64,000 bases of DNA. Source: Pavona decussata. Its lineage: Eukaryota. This document shows positions 1-12,362 of the stretch, in pieces. Under the pieces are notes generated by a model. The model saw nothing but the letters and a program-made list of their open reading frames with translations, was not told where the DNA came from and ran no database searches. The stretch lies in assembly GCA_977016875.1 (NCBI GenBank), contig CDRNST010000188.1:620001-684000 (forward strand). The letters run 5' to 3'. The position numbers were made by a program, and so were the translations under genes. Each line of letters starts with the position of its first letter. The stretch's first letter is position 1.

Positions 1-2276
1 GAAAGTGATAGGAATTTCAATGTAGAGTGGGGTCTCTAAAGCCAGACTTTTTTAAAGTGTAAGCTAAACTGGGATTTGCCGAGGGGCAGAGGAGTTTAAA
101 GCAGATAACCTTTATAGTGGTAGGACCTTAACCAAATATAAGCCTGAATTGGCAAGATTGGAAAATTGATTGGCTTTTGGGTCAGTAGATGGCTGAAATC
201 TGATCAAAAAATTAACATGTAATGTTCCTTCACCCTCATACTGACCCTGTCATGAGATGATATTGATTGACTTTCTTGTACTATGTCATACTGTTCATGG
301 CAAGACTTTGGATAATTTATTCATAAGAACAGTAACACAGTAACATTAAGAATATATGATGCCTTGAAAGAAGCAAACCCCCATCTAGGTAGTGATCAAC
401 TTTGATTTGATAAATATTAGTGGCTGTCATTACATGAGCTTGGCTGGCTCAATTTTGCCAAGATGAGTTTCAGACCGGTATTACATGAGGCGAGCTGTCC
501 TGGCACTGGCTACATTTCAATGTGAAAAATGGGTCTAACATTGAGAATGGATAGAATGACTTTACTTTTGTGTTAATCATTTTTGTGAATAAAACAATAA
601 ATTGTTTTTCACATTTAAGTAGCTTTGAAATTTTCTCTGTTCCTTCATATGTCACATTTATTGAAATATATTCTGTAGTGTGGAATTTTGTCTGAGAAAA
701 ATTGCTGGCCTTGTGAATGCGATAATTTTACATGGAAATTCTCAGCCCAGTTGACAAGCAATCAGCCTGTCACTGTGCCACCAGAAATCAACCAGCTGTG
801 AAAGACGTATGATTTGACTTTGTGCCTGATATAAAATAACAGTAAAAAGTAACAGATTCCACTTCCATGAAAATATCTGGGAGGGAGCAACCCTAATCCT
901 ATTTCAGACCAAATTATGCAGTTTTCAATGCCAGTTTTCTGCAGACCTATCTTCTAAAATCCATAACCATTTTCTAAACTCTGTTCTTGTTTTCAAACGT
1001 TCAGACAAAAATGGGTTGACATCTAAACCTATATTTTGAGACCAAAACCGTTAAAAAGCTATGCCCCTTGTTGTGGCACATACCTGTCTAGCTAAAAAAC
1101 AGAACCACGAAAATGCCCCCTGAGCTAAATTAAGCTGATTACAATGCCCAGGATATACAACCACTTTTTTTACCATTGATGATGTAGAAGACTCACACTG
1201 CAGAGGAGGTCATGCTTGTGTGATGAGAAATAATTGAACCCCCAAAAGTAATGGCCAATTGAATGTGGCACAACAGGATGCTATTAATCCAAAAGTTATT
1301 TCGTCATCATTGTAGGGTAGTATAGAGTTTTTAAAAAATTACAACACACACCAACCACACAGTATTGAAGGAATTTAAGCGTGCTTTAATTTCAAAATGA
1401 ACATTTTTATACAATATTAAAACAAACACCATTCAATGTCTGTAATGTTTCCTCACTACTAGGTAATGGAGAAAACCAAAATCTGACTGGCCTCTGCAGC
1501 AACTGGATTTTGTTGAGACATTCTATAAATGTTAGCAATGTGAGTATATAATAATAGCATACAATTATTATGATACATATAGCGTTCATTTAACTAACAC
1601 TTGGGAAAGGGTACTGTTAAAATCTTCCCCCCTGGAATCTCCCAAGAAAATAACACACCTATTGAAGTACATAACATAAACAAGTTTTTGTTTTTGTTGA
1701 TTTGCACAATTTTTATTTGTTTGTTTGCATTTTTAAAATAAATTTTCTCTTTTTTTTTCAAAAATTTTCTTTTAGTTGTGTTGTCTTCTGAAGTTTTTGT
1801 TTTTGTTTGTTTTGTTGTTGTTGTTGTTTTATGTTGCCTTGATGCGTTTTGATCGTTCGAATATATGGTAAGAAACTATGTATATAACATGATAGTTGAA
1901 AAACTATCGATTTTTTTCCTTGCGTCCGCTGGGTCAGCGGTTAACCACCACATAAACAAAAATATACCATTACGTCACGCAACGTTGAGCGACGTTCTGA
2001 AACGTTTTCACTTAGCGATCCGGGCGAGATCCCCGGCTAAACGAGCTAAAATATCGAAACTAACAAGAAACTCTTAATTAAATGTGTAATTACGTGACTG
2101 TTGTTAAGTTTCTAAACTGTTAAGGCTACACGGAAAGTTCTACGCTTGCGAGCGCGCAGCGAATTAACAACTCGTCCAACTCTTCTGGAACTCGACCACT
2201 TGTACATGTACAAAGGTTTATAAACTTCAGTGTTTTCTACTAGCAAATGTTCTCCTCGTAGAAAGGAAAGTCTAGT

Positions 2277-2933
2277 TTATTTTGGGAGAGGAGTGATCTT
2301 GAGTACCTTGCCGGGCATCTTGGAGACTTCTGTTAACAGTTTGAGGTACTTTTTCTTGAACATGTCTCGCTCCCGCTCTGCTACAGAAACTTGTTGTTGC
2401 AGACGTTCAAGCTCTTGTACGAGAGTTATCTTCTCTTTCTCTAGAGTGTTTTTAGTCTCAATCCTCCTAAGCCTGGAGTGTTGTGCGTAGCCCCTGTTTT
2501 TCAGCGTCCTTCGTCGATGCTTGACTCGAGCGATTTCGTCTTTCGACAGCCCTCTTTCTTTTAGAAGTCGGTTGACATCTTTGACTGAAAGTTCGCGCAG
2601 TTCTTTCTCAGTGAACTGAGATTCCCTGGCACTGAGTTGCTGCTCTTCGCCGAAAAAATGCCCAGTGCCTGTAGAGCTACATTCAGAAGGCGACGGGCTC
2701 AGCTCGTCCGCAACTTTAAATTTATCATCATCGACCAAAACCTGCGGCTGGTGAGTTTCGCTTAACCATTCAGGCATTCCGTTGAGGTCCAGGGTTGAAT
2801 CAGGAACACTTTGCGCACTTTCCTCCTTTTCCTCCTGGTAAATCCAAAAGTTTTCTAGATCTAGGAAACTGTCAAAGTCATTCAATGGCGACACATCGGT
2901 GCCGTGTTCATTGTTGTAGTTGGCGCGCATCAT
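2277..2933 (-). CDS. Maf: Maf-family bZIP transcription factor, intronless, acidic N-terminus (large-Maf-like)
   Basis: Extended homology region (FTEKELRELSVKDVNRLL..GLSKDEIARVK), Maf basic region RRRTLKNRGYAQ and leucine zipper (LEKEKITLVQELERLQQQV) in one 218-aa ORF. Confidence 0.93.
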   Translation of the reverse strand: MMRANYNNEHGTDVSPLNDFDSFLDLENFWIYQEEKEESAQSVPDSTLDLNGMPEWLSETHQPQVLVDDDKFKVADELSPSPSECSSTGTGHFFGEEQQLSARESQFTEKELRELSVKDVNRLLKERGLSKDEIARVKHRRRTLKNRGYAQHSRLRRIETKNTLEKEKITLVQELERLQQQVSVAERERDMFKKKYLKLLTEVSKMPGKVLKITPLPK

Positions 2934-3243
2934 GGTGAAAGTTGAAAGGTGATCTAGTGACAGGTTTGAAAATCAAAGAGAAACGATTTACTTCTGCGTG
3001 GATAGCTTCAAATGGCTTCCAAAAGTGAAGGAGGTAAAGATCCTTTCCACTGGCAAACGAACACTAGATCAAGACACGTGTGATCAGATCAACAGATAAC
3101 AAGGAATGAGTAGCTGTGCTCCGAGCGACCGCTTTTAACCGGTGCAAGCGACTAGTAAAATTGCACCACACTTGCTTCTAAATTTTATTTATTCGATGAT
3201 GTAATGTTGCCAAAAACGGTTCTATTGTAAAGAATCGGGCTTC

Positions 3244-3326
3244 GGCCAATCATACTTGAGAACAGGGGGGCATGTCCGGGCAGTCGCCATGACAACGATG
3301 CGAAAGATGACGAACGGGGAATCCCC
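3244..3326. promoter_or_regulatory. Candidate Maf upstream module: CCAAT box, RFX X-box, kappaB site
   Basis: CCAAT at ~3246; GTCGCCATGACAAC at 3283-3296 (RFX X-box consensus); GGGGAATCCCC at 3316-3326 (kappaB consensus); 310-390 bp upstream of the Maf ATG. Confidence 0.45.
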
Positions 3327-5877
3327 TAGCCGGCGTTCGTGACAGGTTTAAAAAGCCAGTGAAGTACTTTTCAAAACCATTTCAAACATGCGGATTTTTT
3401 TTCAATTGAAAACGTCAGATTTCGGCTGTCGTTAATAAAAACTGTCTTCTTCGGCTAAGTTTAAAATACTTTTATGCAATCCCGATTTTCTGGGATAACT
3501 TTTAAGCGTTTGCCAGTAGTTGATTCAATTACGCGCAGTGGTGCAACTGGAATAATGAATTTTGTCCTAAAAATATAATAATTCGCCCGTCCGGAAACAA
3601 GCCCATTAAGTCTAGCGTCAACAAGACATTTTACAGCGAAGAAAATCGAACCATTTAGAGCAGAAAAAATAGACGAGGCAATTTATGATCTTTGGAATTG
3701 AAGATGAGATAAAATCACCGAATTTGAATGAAGCTTGATTTGCTTTTGTGATCAATAGACCGTAGAATTGTGACACGTCACCATAAATGTCGTAGATCTT
3801 TTACAACACCACGTTCAAAACATTGATATCCCCTCTAAAGATTTATCGCAAACAAGCTTTGTTGTTTGACAAAGAGTTTAAATATAGACATGACTTGGTT
3901 AAACCACACGGGTTCGTTTGAGTGCATTTTAGTGAATATATTCTTGCATAGGTCATTTACTTTATAAATAATGTTCCGGTTTATATCAAGTAAAATGCAA
4001 GATCTTGTTGTCCTCCTTTATAAGCGATTGTGATGTGTTTTTTTTCGCGGGTGCGGCTGCCACACAGCTTCTGGTGGAAATTCGGTTACAAGTACTATTA
4101 AATTGTTTACTTGTCTTTTGAATTTTTTTGTCACACAACTATCTTCGCCCACAGATGAAAACGAATTTTTGATCATTTCGCCAACAGAGTAATTTTCCAG
4201 AGGGACGAACACTTTCACTGGTTTTAATTTCCACAAACGTAATGAATAGCAGAAAAATTGTCCTTTTAATCAAAGCGATATCATTTTCTCTCGTGGTGTC
4301 TGAACATTTACAATGCTCAGTGTGTCGAAAACAATTCTCTTTGCGTTGACACAACAATATGGAAATCAATTTTACTGAAGAGAACGGTTTGAAGTTGATG
4401 AAAGATAACAGTGTGTTTTACGTGACTTGCAGCACGGCGAGTTTGCTAGCTCTCTTTAATTTAGCGGGAGTGTTTCAGAGGCGCTGAGGGTGTTGAGGCC
4501 GAGGGAATGATGGTGGGCAGAGAAATCTATCGTGAGGGGGGAGATGGTGAGGCAACTGTTACTGAAAAATCCAGTTCACTACTTTGGACTGTCGTGAGAA
4601 TAGTCGGATAAAGGTTGGGTTTGATGAAAAGCGAGCGCGGAGCACCCAAAAACGTATAAAAGTAACGCCTGTTGTACAGGCTAGAGTCAGGCAAGGTTAT
4701 GCTGTGCGTGAATAGGAAGGAAGGAAGGTTATTTACGGTGGTTTTATCGAACAACAAGAAATTTTCCTTTAATTAGTTTGAGAGTAAATTTTAATGTACA
4801 CGGCTTTTCGGGTAAGTAGATTGATTGTGTGTGAGGAACACAAACTACTGAATGGGGAGCTGACATCAGTAACCGACCGACCTGGTTTGTTTAACGTTTT
4901 TATGAGATGTCGTGAGGGGTCAATATTTTGATAATCAAGAGATCATCATAATCTCTTGTAATGCTTGTAATACTAATAATCCCATAGAGCGATAGCTGGT
5001 CTGCACGGCAGGCGCCAAAACAGTGGTAGTGGTAGTCTTTGTTTTCTGTTTGAATGTGTGACATAGCGGTTCACCTCATGGTTCCTGAAACGTTTTAGTA
5101 TATCGTAAAATGGTTTAGTAACTCGCAGACTCTCAAAAAACTTATCAGCTTTGGGCTTTCAAAGTAAAAACTTTATCTTTAATGGACTTCTCTAATTCTC
5201 TTATTTTTTATGTTTGATCGCGGTTAAGCTAGCCTGCGTTGCGAGCGCGAAAAGCGAACAAAAGCTTCACGTGCATTCCGCGCTCTTGCAAAGGAGACGA
5301 GTGCCACACAGGTTATGATTTTCTGATGTCATTTTTCTTTCCACACGTTTTTTCTCGTTCATTCGTGTTTCTACCTGCCGCTACCGTTTAACCAATTTGT
5401 CGCACCAAATCCGATTTTACAGTAGTCACTTAAATGAACAGTAGTGAAAGAATAATGCTAATGAGTTGGAAGTAAGCAAGTAAACAGGTTCATAAATGCA
5501 AATAAAGAGTCGTTGGTTGGCAGTGATTGTAATAAAATCTTGGAGTGAAAAAGTATGATCGAAAGTCCGTCTCTATAGCAAACAAAAAATGACGTGAATT
5601 GTAGTTGTATTCATTGAAATGATGACTTTTTACTGTGTAGAATCACAATTTGAGCAATTTAACTAGCTGAAAGTTTATCTCTTCGTGAACAAGTGACAAC
5701 GGAAAATACATAGGATTTGTCCAGACATGTCTCATCGTTTCCGTGACGTCACCGGAAACGTGAATATTTGCCCCAGACTCCGTACCTCCTCCAAACAGCC
5801 GTATGACCCTGGGAACGAGACTGACCGATTGTTTTCATGGAGGAAGATTCTAGCATTGCTATATGTTTACTGTATTC

Positions 5878-6149
5878 TAGACTGTTCATATTTTTCCGTG
5901 GGATTGTCGAGACTGGTATGCTTCGATGGAGCTGTCGCCATCTTGGTTTGTAAAGCGAGCGAAGCGAGCACGATCTGGGGAGAGTGTCTGAACTACCGAG
6001 GGAAGGCGAGGGAAGCGGAGTGGGGGTTTGTTAAGTGGGGAGGGGCTGCCTCCCCACTCCTGCTCCCCTCGGTAGTTCAGACACTCTCCCCAGATCGCGC
6101 TCGCTTCCAGTCTCGAGAATCGAAAAATAGGGGGACTGTGAACAGTCTA
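5878..6149. mobile_element. MITE with TAGACTGTTC termini and internal palindrome
   Basis: TIR tagactgttca...tgaacagtcta; flanks actgtattc / cctgtattc (9-bp TSD, 1 mismatch); internal inverted repeat ~5965-6105. Confidence 0.8.
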
Positions 6150-6642
6150 CCTGTATTCAGTTTACATGCGAAAAGATGTACTTGGCCCTAGCGCTAGCAT
6201 CTTTCTAGCGATAGGATCTTCCTAGCTGAGAGATAGGAAGATCCTAGCCGTCTAGGAAGATCCTAGTACTGTACTATGAAAACTACCTTCGCTCGGAAGG
6301 TCCCAGTAAGACCAGTAATAGGGAGAAGAAAACAAACGTGGCGGCGGCCGGGTGTTCAGCTGCTAAAGGCAGAAAATTTCGTCTTCCTTTCCTTCTCCAC
6401 TTCAGGTAACAACCCCGCGACCGATTGTCTTAATTACTCGATTTCACATGACTCAAAATCTAATCGATGAAATGCTTGTTCTGGTGGTTTACGGTCTTCA
6501 CTCTTATCATCACGGTCTGATCTTAAATGAACCGGCGATGTGTTTGCTTGTTCTCTAGCTGTTCATTGAAATAGTTTGTAGCCGCGCCGAGGAAAGACGT
6601 GGACTCGGGACGAGTTAGCGGGTGTCGGCATCTGTTCACCTG

Positions 6643-7330
6643 GGTCCGGTTGTTCGAAAGCCGATTAAACGCTGATGCATGATTCAATAAATGTTAACCC
6701 AGGTTTCCTCGCCCGGCTACTTTAAACCCCAGGGGGGGGGGTACTCCCCTATATAAAGTATATAGGTATGTGCCGCCCCAAAGGGTATGGTTTTTGAGCC
6801 GTTTTGGTCTGAAAACGGGTATAGATTTTGACAATTACGGTCTAAAATCGGGTCGGGTTTTTGGGGCGGGGAACATTTACGAAAGCTTACAAACATATTT
6901 TTCTTCTCAGTACGTAACTAGAACGACTAACTGATAGCGAGAAAAAGAAATAGATAAACTATGTCGTTCCAGCTTACTTTTGACTCACTTTTGCTCCTTG
7001 CGTCAACTTCCGTTCGGCACTGATGCATAATTATCAGACCTGAAAACGGGTATGAATTTTAGAGGTCAGGTCTGAAAACGGGTGTGGAAAATGGCATGTT
7101 TAGGTCTGATATAGGGTCGGGATTTGAAGACCCGGGCGGCACACCCCCACCAAGAATTACGGGGAGTACCCCCCCCCCCCCGGGCTTTAAACTAAAAGCA
7201 AGGAAACGTTAAGCCAAACCTGAGAGGTAAAACTCGTTTTAGAGAATCTTTATTGATTAGTAATACTGAACTCGAACCAAAGTTGACATTAACCCAGGAT
7301 TACCTTAATCGGGCTTCGAACAACTAGGCC
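6643..7330. mobile_element. PIF/Harbinger-type MITE (CWG flanks) carrying a nested MITE
   Basis: Ends ggtccggttgttcgaaag...cttcgaacaactaggcc, flanked by ctg / cag. Confidence 0.7.
6728..7184. mobile_element. MITE with poly-G/poly-C termini and 8-bp TSD (hAT-like)
   Basis: cccagggggggggg-tactcc...ggagtaccccccccc-cggg; perfect TSD ctttaaac at 6720-6727 and 7185-7192. Confidence 0.85.
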
Positions 7331-8160
7331 CAGGTTGTTCTTGACCCGCTTACAAAGAGACTTGCACATCTATCAAAATAAACTGGCCGGTAAAAGCTCA
7401 TATGCAACTCCCAACCGAGAAGAAAATTAAATGAAGGCTATATCGAGGAATTTTCGACGGAGTTCGATGTAAGATGAAATCGATGCTTCTCGATAGTAAT
7501 CGATTCTTATTAACGAACTGCTTATTATCGATATTAATCGATATTTTTCAAAATATTTTTATTGCTGTGTGAAATAGTTTATTTGTAAATACCAGCTGTT
7601 ACTGTACCGTGTCGGGTGACACATTCTTTATTTTATTTTGCAGTATAAATAAAGACACTTACTTATATTAATTAATGTTCGATTAATATCCATTCATCGA
7701 CTACGTTTTTCCATGATCAATTTGCAACGATTTCTTACGCCGGGATCTTCCTTATGGAAATCAAGATGCTTATATTTATAATTCATACTTGCTAACCGAT
7801 TCCAGTCATAAATCACTGAATCTAGTTTTCTTGCGGTTATTACTTTTCTTGATTTTATATTTACAATTTCAACAGTTCTGCTTTGTGTTCTGACATCTTT
7901 TTAACTTGTTGATTTGTGCCTGCAGTTTTCTTGTTTTCTAAACCTTGTTCTATTTACGGTGTTCTGAAGCATGATCAGGAAAACTTACAGGCAGTATTGT
8001 TTCCGTTTTTCAGCAGCAAAGATCAATATGACCTTTAGTTGTGGTCGAAATAAACATGTCTTTTATATTGTATATTAGGTCAATAATAAGCCGATAAGAA
8101 CACGATATTGGTCGATTCTTACAAGTGCGAAAAAGCTTTCACCAAAGGGTCTTCGCGTCA

Positions 8161-9222
8161 ATGAAGAAAAACATGCCTTCGGACAGGGTTGTCTCCCTGC
8201 GAGTTGGCCAAGCAATCGTTGTAGAAGCAACCGAGCTTGAGATTCACAGTGTACTCGGCAGTGGAGCTTTCGGTGTGGTGTATAAGGCGAGGGATTTGCT
8301 CAGTAGCATTCCCGTGTTCTACGCTCTGAAAGATGTCGTTTGTTTGGATTCTTCCTCTCTTGGCAAGGCGATCAGCGAAGCTGAAACTCTTCGTCGAGTC
8401 AATCATGACTTTATTGTTAAAATCGTAGCGGCAGATCAGTTCGAAGATTGGCACGGGGGATTTCACGTTTTGATTTTAACCGAATACTGCTCCGGCGGCA
8501 CTTTAAATGAGAGGCTATCGCAACCGAGTAGTGGAGAGACAACTCTCAAATGGTTGAGTCAAATGGCGAGTGCTTTGAGCTATCTGCACTCGTGTCAAAT
8601 CGTCCACCGCGATTTAAAACCAGACAATGTTTTGCTGACAAATTCAACGACTGAAGACTTGAAACTCGGTGATTTTGGCTTGGCAAGGGAGTTTCTATCG
8701 TTGAAGCGAGTTAACACGCGTTGCTCGCCCCTCGGATTAGCGGAGTACTATATGCGTTCGGGAACTGGCCCCGCTCATTGGATGGCTCCGGAGGTCTTTC
8801 GCTGCCGTTACACAGAAAAAGCGGATATATTCTCTCTCGGAGTTTTATTCAACGCAATTCTCGTACGAGACTTCGCCTTTTCGACCAACGAAAAGAGATG
8901 GTATGGCGCGTTTGTGAAGGTCTCGGGAGGTGTTAAAATCGGCCTCGGTTACGCCATGTCGATTCTCGGTCCAACGGCCATGGGGGAGTTTACCCAAGGT
9001 TATATGCTCAATGAAGAGAACGGATTCCGGAACTTGGTCTTAGATGCTTTGAATTATGTTCCTCGCGAGAGACCAAGGGCGGATGAAATTTACTACCGTA
9101 TAGAAGATATATCCACGGGTATTCGTCTGCAGTGGTCTGAACAAGAACTTCTGAATGGTAGACGAGGAAAGAAGGGCAAAACCCATCGGTCAGGAGTAAG
9201 GAACCGGTGTTGTATTGCTTAG
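8161..9222 (+). CDS. K1: single-exon STK35/PDIK1L-like Ser/Thr kinase with polybasic tail and CaaX (CCIA)
   Basis: First ATG at 8161; [34 protein letters not shown]; C-terminus GRRGKKGKTHRSGVRNRCCIA*. Confidence 0.9.
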   Translation: MKKNMPSDRVVSLRVGQAIVVEATELEIHSVLGSGAFGVVYKARDLLSSIPVFYALKDVVCLDSSSLGKAISEAETLRRVNHDFIVKIVAADQFEDWHGGFHVLILTEYCSGGTLNERLSQPSSGETTLKWLSQMASALSYLHSCQIVHRDLKPDNVLLTNSTTEDLKLGDFGLAREFLSLKRVNTRCSPLGLAEYYMRSGTGPAHWMAPEVFRCRYTEKADIFSLGVLFNAILVRDFAFSTNEKRWYGAFVKVSGGVKIGLGYAMSILGPTAMGEFTQGYMLNEENGFRNLVLDALNYVPRERPRADEIYYRIEDISTGIRLQWSEQELLNGRRGKKGKTHRSGVRNRCCIA

Positions 9223-10059
9223 TCTCTTAGGGGACTAGGCCTGCGCACGGCACTGTTTGCGCGGTTGATTTTGAAATAGGTGACCAATATGCTTTAAGTA
9301 GTCGTATGAAATCCGACTTAAACCTCCAAGTTTTGATACTACCTTGGCGACGTGCTGTCTACGTTGTTAAGTGACTATTTATAATTTCTTGACTGTTTAT
9401 TCTGTATATAGTTTGTTGAAGTGTTTTAATCAAATTGTGGACGTCAAATCAAAAGGCAGGCCAATATGGATCTTAAAAAGGAAAACAGACGAACATTTCT
9501 AAGAGCGCCTTATGCCATTCTCCTCGAAAAAATCCAAGATTCTCGCCACTTACAGGAGTCCGTAATTTCTGCGTTATTGGCTGTATGCTGCCCACGGAAA
9601 TTTTGTCTTTTACCGTTTATTTTTCGAGAGAGAGTCAACTGAAGTTTTTTAGTTTATGAGGTGAACATTTCATGTCGTCCTCAAATCACAGCAAACTTGA
9701 AAATATAAGTTTCATTCTCGTTAAATATTTACAAGACAGATATTGAAAGCCTTAAAGGCATGGCCGGCAACAGACACGCAAAAGCCAAACTCTCAGCTAG
9801 ATTGATATTGTGATTTTAAACATTTTGTTACATAAAAATTTTGAAGACTTTAAGAACGTCGTGGAAAGCCCGTGGTGATCGTGATTTCTGTGTTAATATC
9901 GGGATTTAGAAGTAGGGTCTTGCTTACAGCTGTGGCAGTTTAATTTCCTTCTGCATGATCTGTTGCCGGTTCTGATAAGGCAGTTCTCCGTCAGTCTCTT
10001 ACAGTACGTGTTATTTAGATAACTTCAAGATTTAGGCATAAATAACATTTTTAAAAAGT

Positions 10060-10288
10060 AATCATTGGATAATGCAATTTGAGAGTTTTGGTTTCCTTAG
10101 CGGCCAAAGTAAATCAGCCATTGTGCCATGCCTGACAAATAGCGACCATTGAAATTGTTTTCTGGTTCTTGCAAAGCGAAATCAGCAAGATCTAGCAATA
10201 TTTCTTGGCTGTTTTTTTTATGACATTTATTCCACTCGCTCTTGTTGGATATGGTCTGATTATAGCCAACTCGGTGCTACGTGTCTCA

Positions 10289-10319
<31 letters not shown>

Positions 10320-10340
10320 GCTCGTGGAATAATTGTTAAT
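10060..10340 (-). mobile_element. Non-autonomous hairpin-ended repeat (same family as 13630-13960 and 52590-52920)
   Basis: ttattccactcgc...ggatatg...catatccaacgcgcgctcgtggaataattgtt hairpin; reverse-complement homolog of 13630-13960. Confidence 0.65.
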
Positions 10341-10545
10341 GATCTCCAATCCATTTGGAAGTACGGTGGTCAAACACAATTAGAAAGGATGAGTTCCGTG
10401 CTGGGAAAGAACAGTGCGGAACGCGTGGTACAGTAACTTGAATAAGACTCTTAAAGTTGGCCATTAGATTGCTATGCATTTTATCCCGGGCGGAGATATT
10501 TACTAAAAACTCTATTAAGCCACCAAGGAGGACTTACTATTGTCA

Positions 10546-10852
10546 CTTAGCATACCTCAGTGACCGACTATCGCGTAACGCGCAATCTGATTGGCTACAC
10601 AGGTGCCGTCTATCGATCGATAGACGGCAGTTTGTCAGAGCGCGCACGACTTAGCATGCATCATTGCACAAATATATCAAAATTTATGAAATATAAAGAT
10701 TTTTTTGCTTCATAGATCGATCACTGAGGTATGCTAAAACAATTAGACGGCTCGCTCTCGGTTTCTATCGCCTTTGATAGTTGGCTCGGGGCTTCGCCCC
10801 TCGCCAACTATCAGCCGATAGAAACCTCGAGCTCGCCGTCTAATTGTTAAAT
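10546..10852. mobile_element. Non-autonomous element with inverted-repeat pair plus long terminal hairpin
   Basis: IR ttagcatacctcagtga (10547-10563) / tcactgaggtatgctaa (10721-10737); ~110-bp hairpin 10738-10848 centred on ggggc-ttc-gcccc. Confidence 0.65.
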
Positions 10853-10886
10853 ATCAAGGATGGGTGATTATTAGAGATTGAAGCTC

Positions 10887-10907
10887 GAGAGAGAGAGAGA
10901 GAGAGAG
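10887..10907. repeat. (GA)n microsatellite
   Basis: gagagagagagagagagagag. Confidence 0.9.
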
Positions 10908-12177
10908 GGGGGTGGGTTGTGTACCGCAAATACAAAGTAATTTACCCTACCATAATAATACTTGTATATAAATAAACTTTTGTTACAGACGAAGTTTTTC
11001 TACAAACTGATTGATTTGCATAGACGGTAATCATTCTTGTTGTTTTGACCATTTTCACGGCTGATCTTTGATGTATTCATTTTGTTACCGAACATTTCAA
11101 TCCCTGTATCAATTTTTACCATTCCATGAGAGAAGAGAAGAGGGCTTAATGTAGAAAGAAAGGGCTCTTCAAAATGTGACCTCAAACATAGGAAGAGTTT
11201 TAATGGAGAGAAATGTAGTCGCCGGTGTTCAGTGCTATGGTAAACGGACAGTTCTAGTCTGTGCGCATGTTCTCTGCCCCGTAAGGAATAGACCATATTC
11301 GTGTTTTCCGCATTGCACTGGATATAGCTTGCAATAGAGGCTCTTTGCCGGGAAATATATTTAAAAAAAAGCAAATTTGCACGTGGAAAGATGTCCCGGC
11401 TAAAGCCTCTCGTTCAAGCTAATTTCTGTTTTATACGGAAGATACGAATACGGTTTGTAAGCGGGGTAACTGCTGTAGATCAAGCTTCATTTCTTTAAAA
11501 CAGATCGCTGAAGAGTAGACGAGCTTTTCTTTTGGCGATAGCCATACTTTACTTTGCAGACTTTATTAGAAAGTAGTGGCTCTTGTTTGGTTTAAAGCCG
11601 TCTCTCTAACGCTATGGAAATGCAAAAAAATTTTCACGGGTTATTTATCCGATCTAGTATTAAAACCTAACAGAGTTCTGCACTAGTAGAACGGTTTTCA
11701 TGTTTTAAGTAATGAGAAATCATCGACAATACGGGTATAATTTGAGTTTAACCAAACCGCGACAAAAGTAATACCTTATTTCACAAACTCGATACGTCAG
11801 TCGAAATTTTTTTAGAAACGGATTTGCCTTTGACTGCGGTGAAGCAGGGAGCGATAGAAGTCACCTTATCGTGTTCGGCGTCCTTTTCAAGCCAAGTTTT
11901 TGATAAAAAAAGCGAAATTTTTAAAATAATTAATCAAAGAGAAAAACGTAAACTGTACATCAAACGTCATGTCATGAATTTTCTTCCGACAAAGCTAAGA
12001 TTATGGTGCAAATGATCACTTTTTTGAGGTGTCTAGTTATTTTTTCATCGACTTTCGTCACCGACAATAGTCTTTTAAAAGCAAATTTCAGATGTTGCTA
12101 TTTGGTGCTCTCCAAATTACTAACGAAGTGAGCTTTTCAGAGATGCAATAACCTGTGGGTTTCTACCATACTGAGTT

Positions 12178-12362
12178 CAATCTCGTACCCAGAGTCCTCA
12201 GGCTCTTTGGCTAGCGGTTGGTCGCCAGGAGAGACTCTGGGGAACTGGAATTTTGTACTATCGCAGGATTTCTGCAGTAAAACAATGCAAGTCCTTATGC
12301 ATATGTCTCTCCTAGCGACCAACCGCTGGCCAAAGAGCCTGAGGACTCTGGGTACGAGATTG
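12178..12362. mobile_element. Palindromic MITE (caatctcgtacccagag family)
   Basis: ~55-bp TIRs caatctcgtacccagagtcctcaggctctttgg.../...ccaaagagcctgaggactctgggtacgagattg; absent from the homologous flank at ~46070 and ~51360. Confidence 0.85.

Noticed and set aside
1-2200. Exons of a neighbouring gene in the first 2 kb
   Set aside because: No convincing coding signal; consistent with Maf 3-prime UTR, simple repeats and a decayed MITE (~880-1100)
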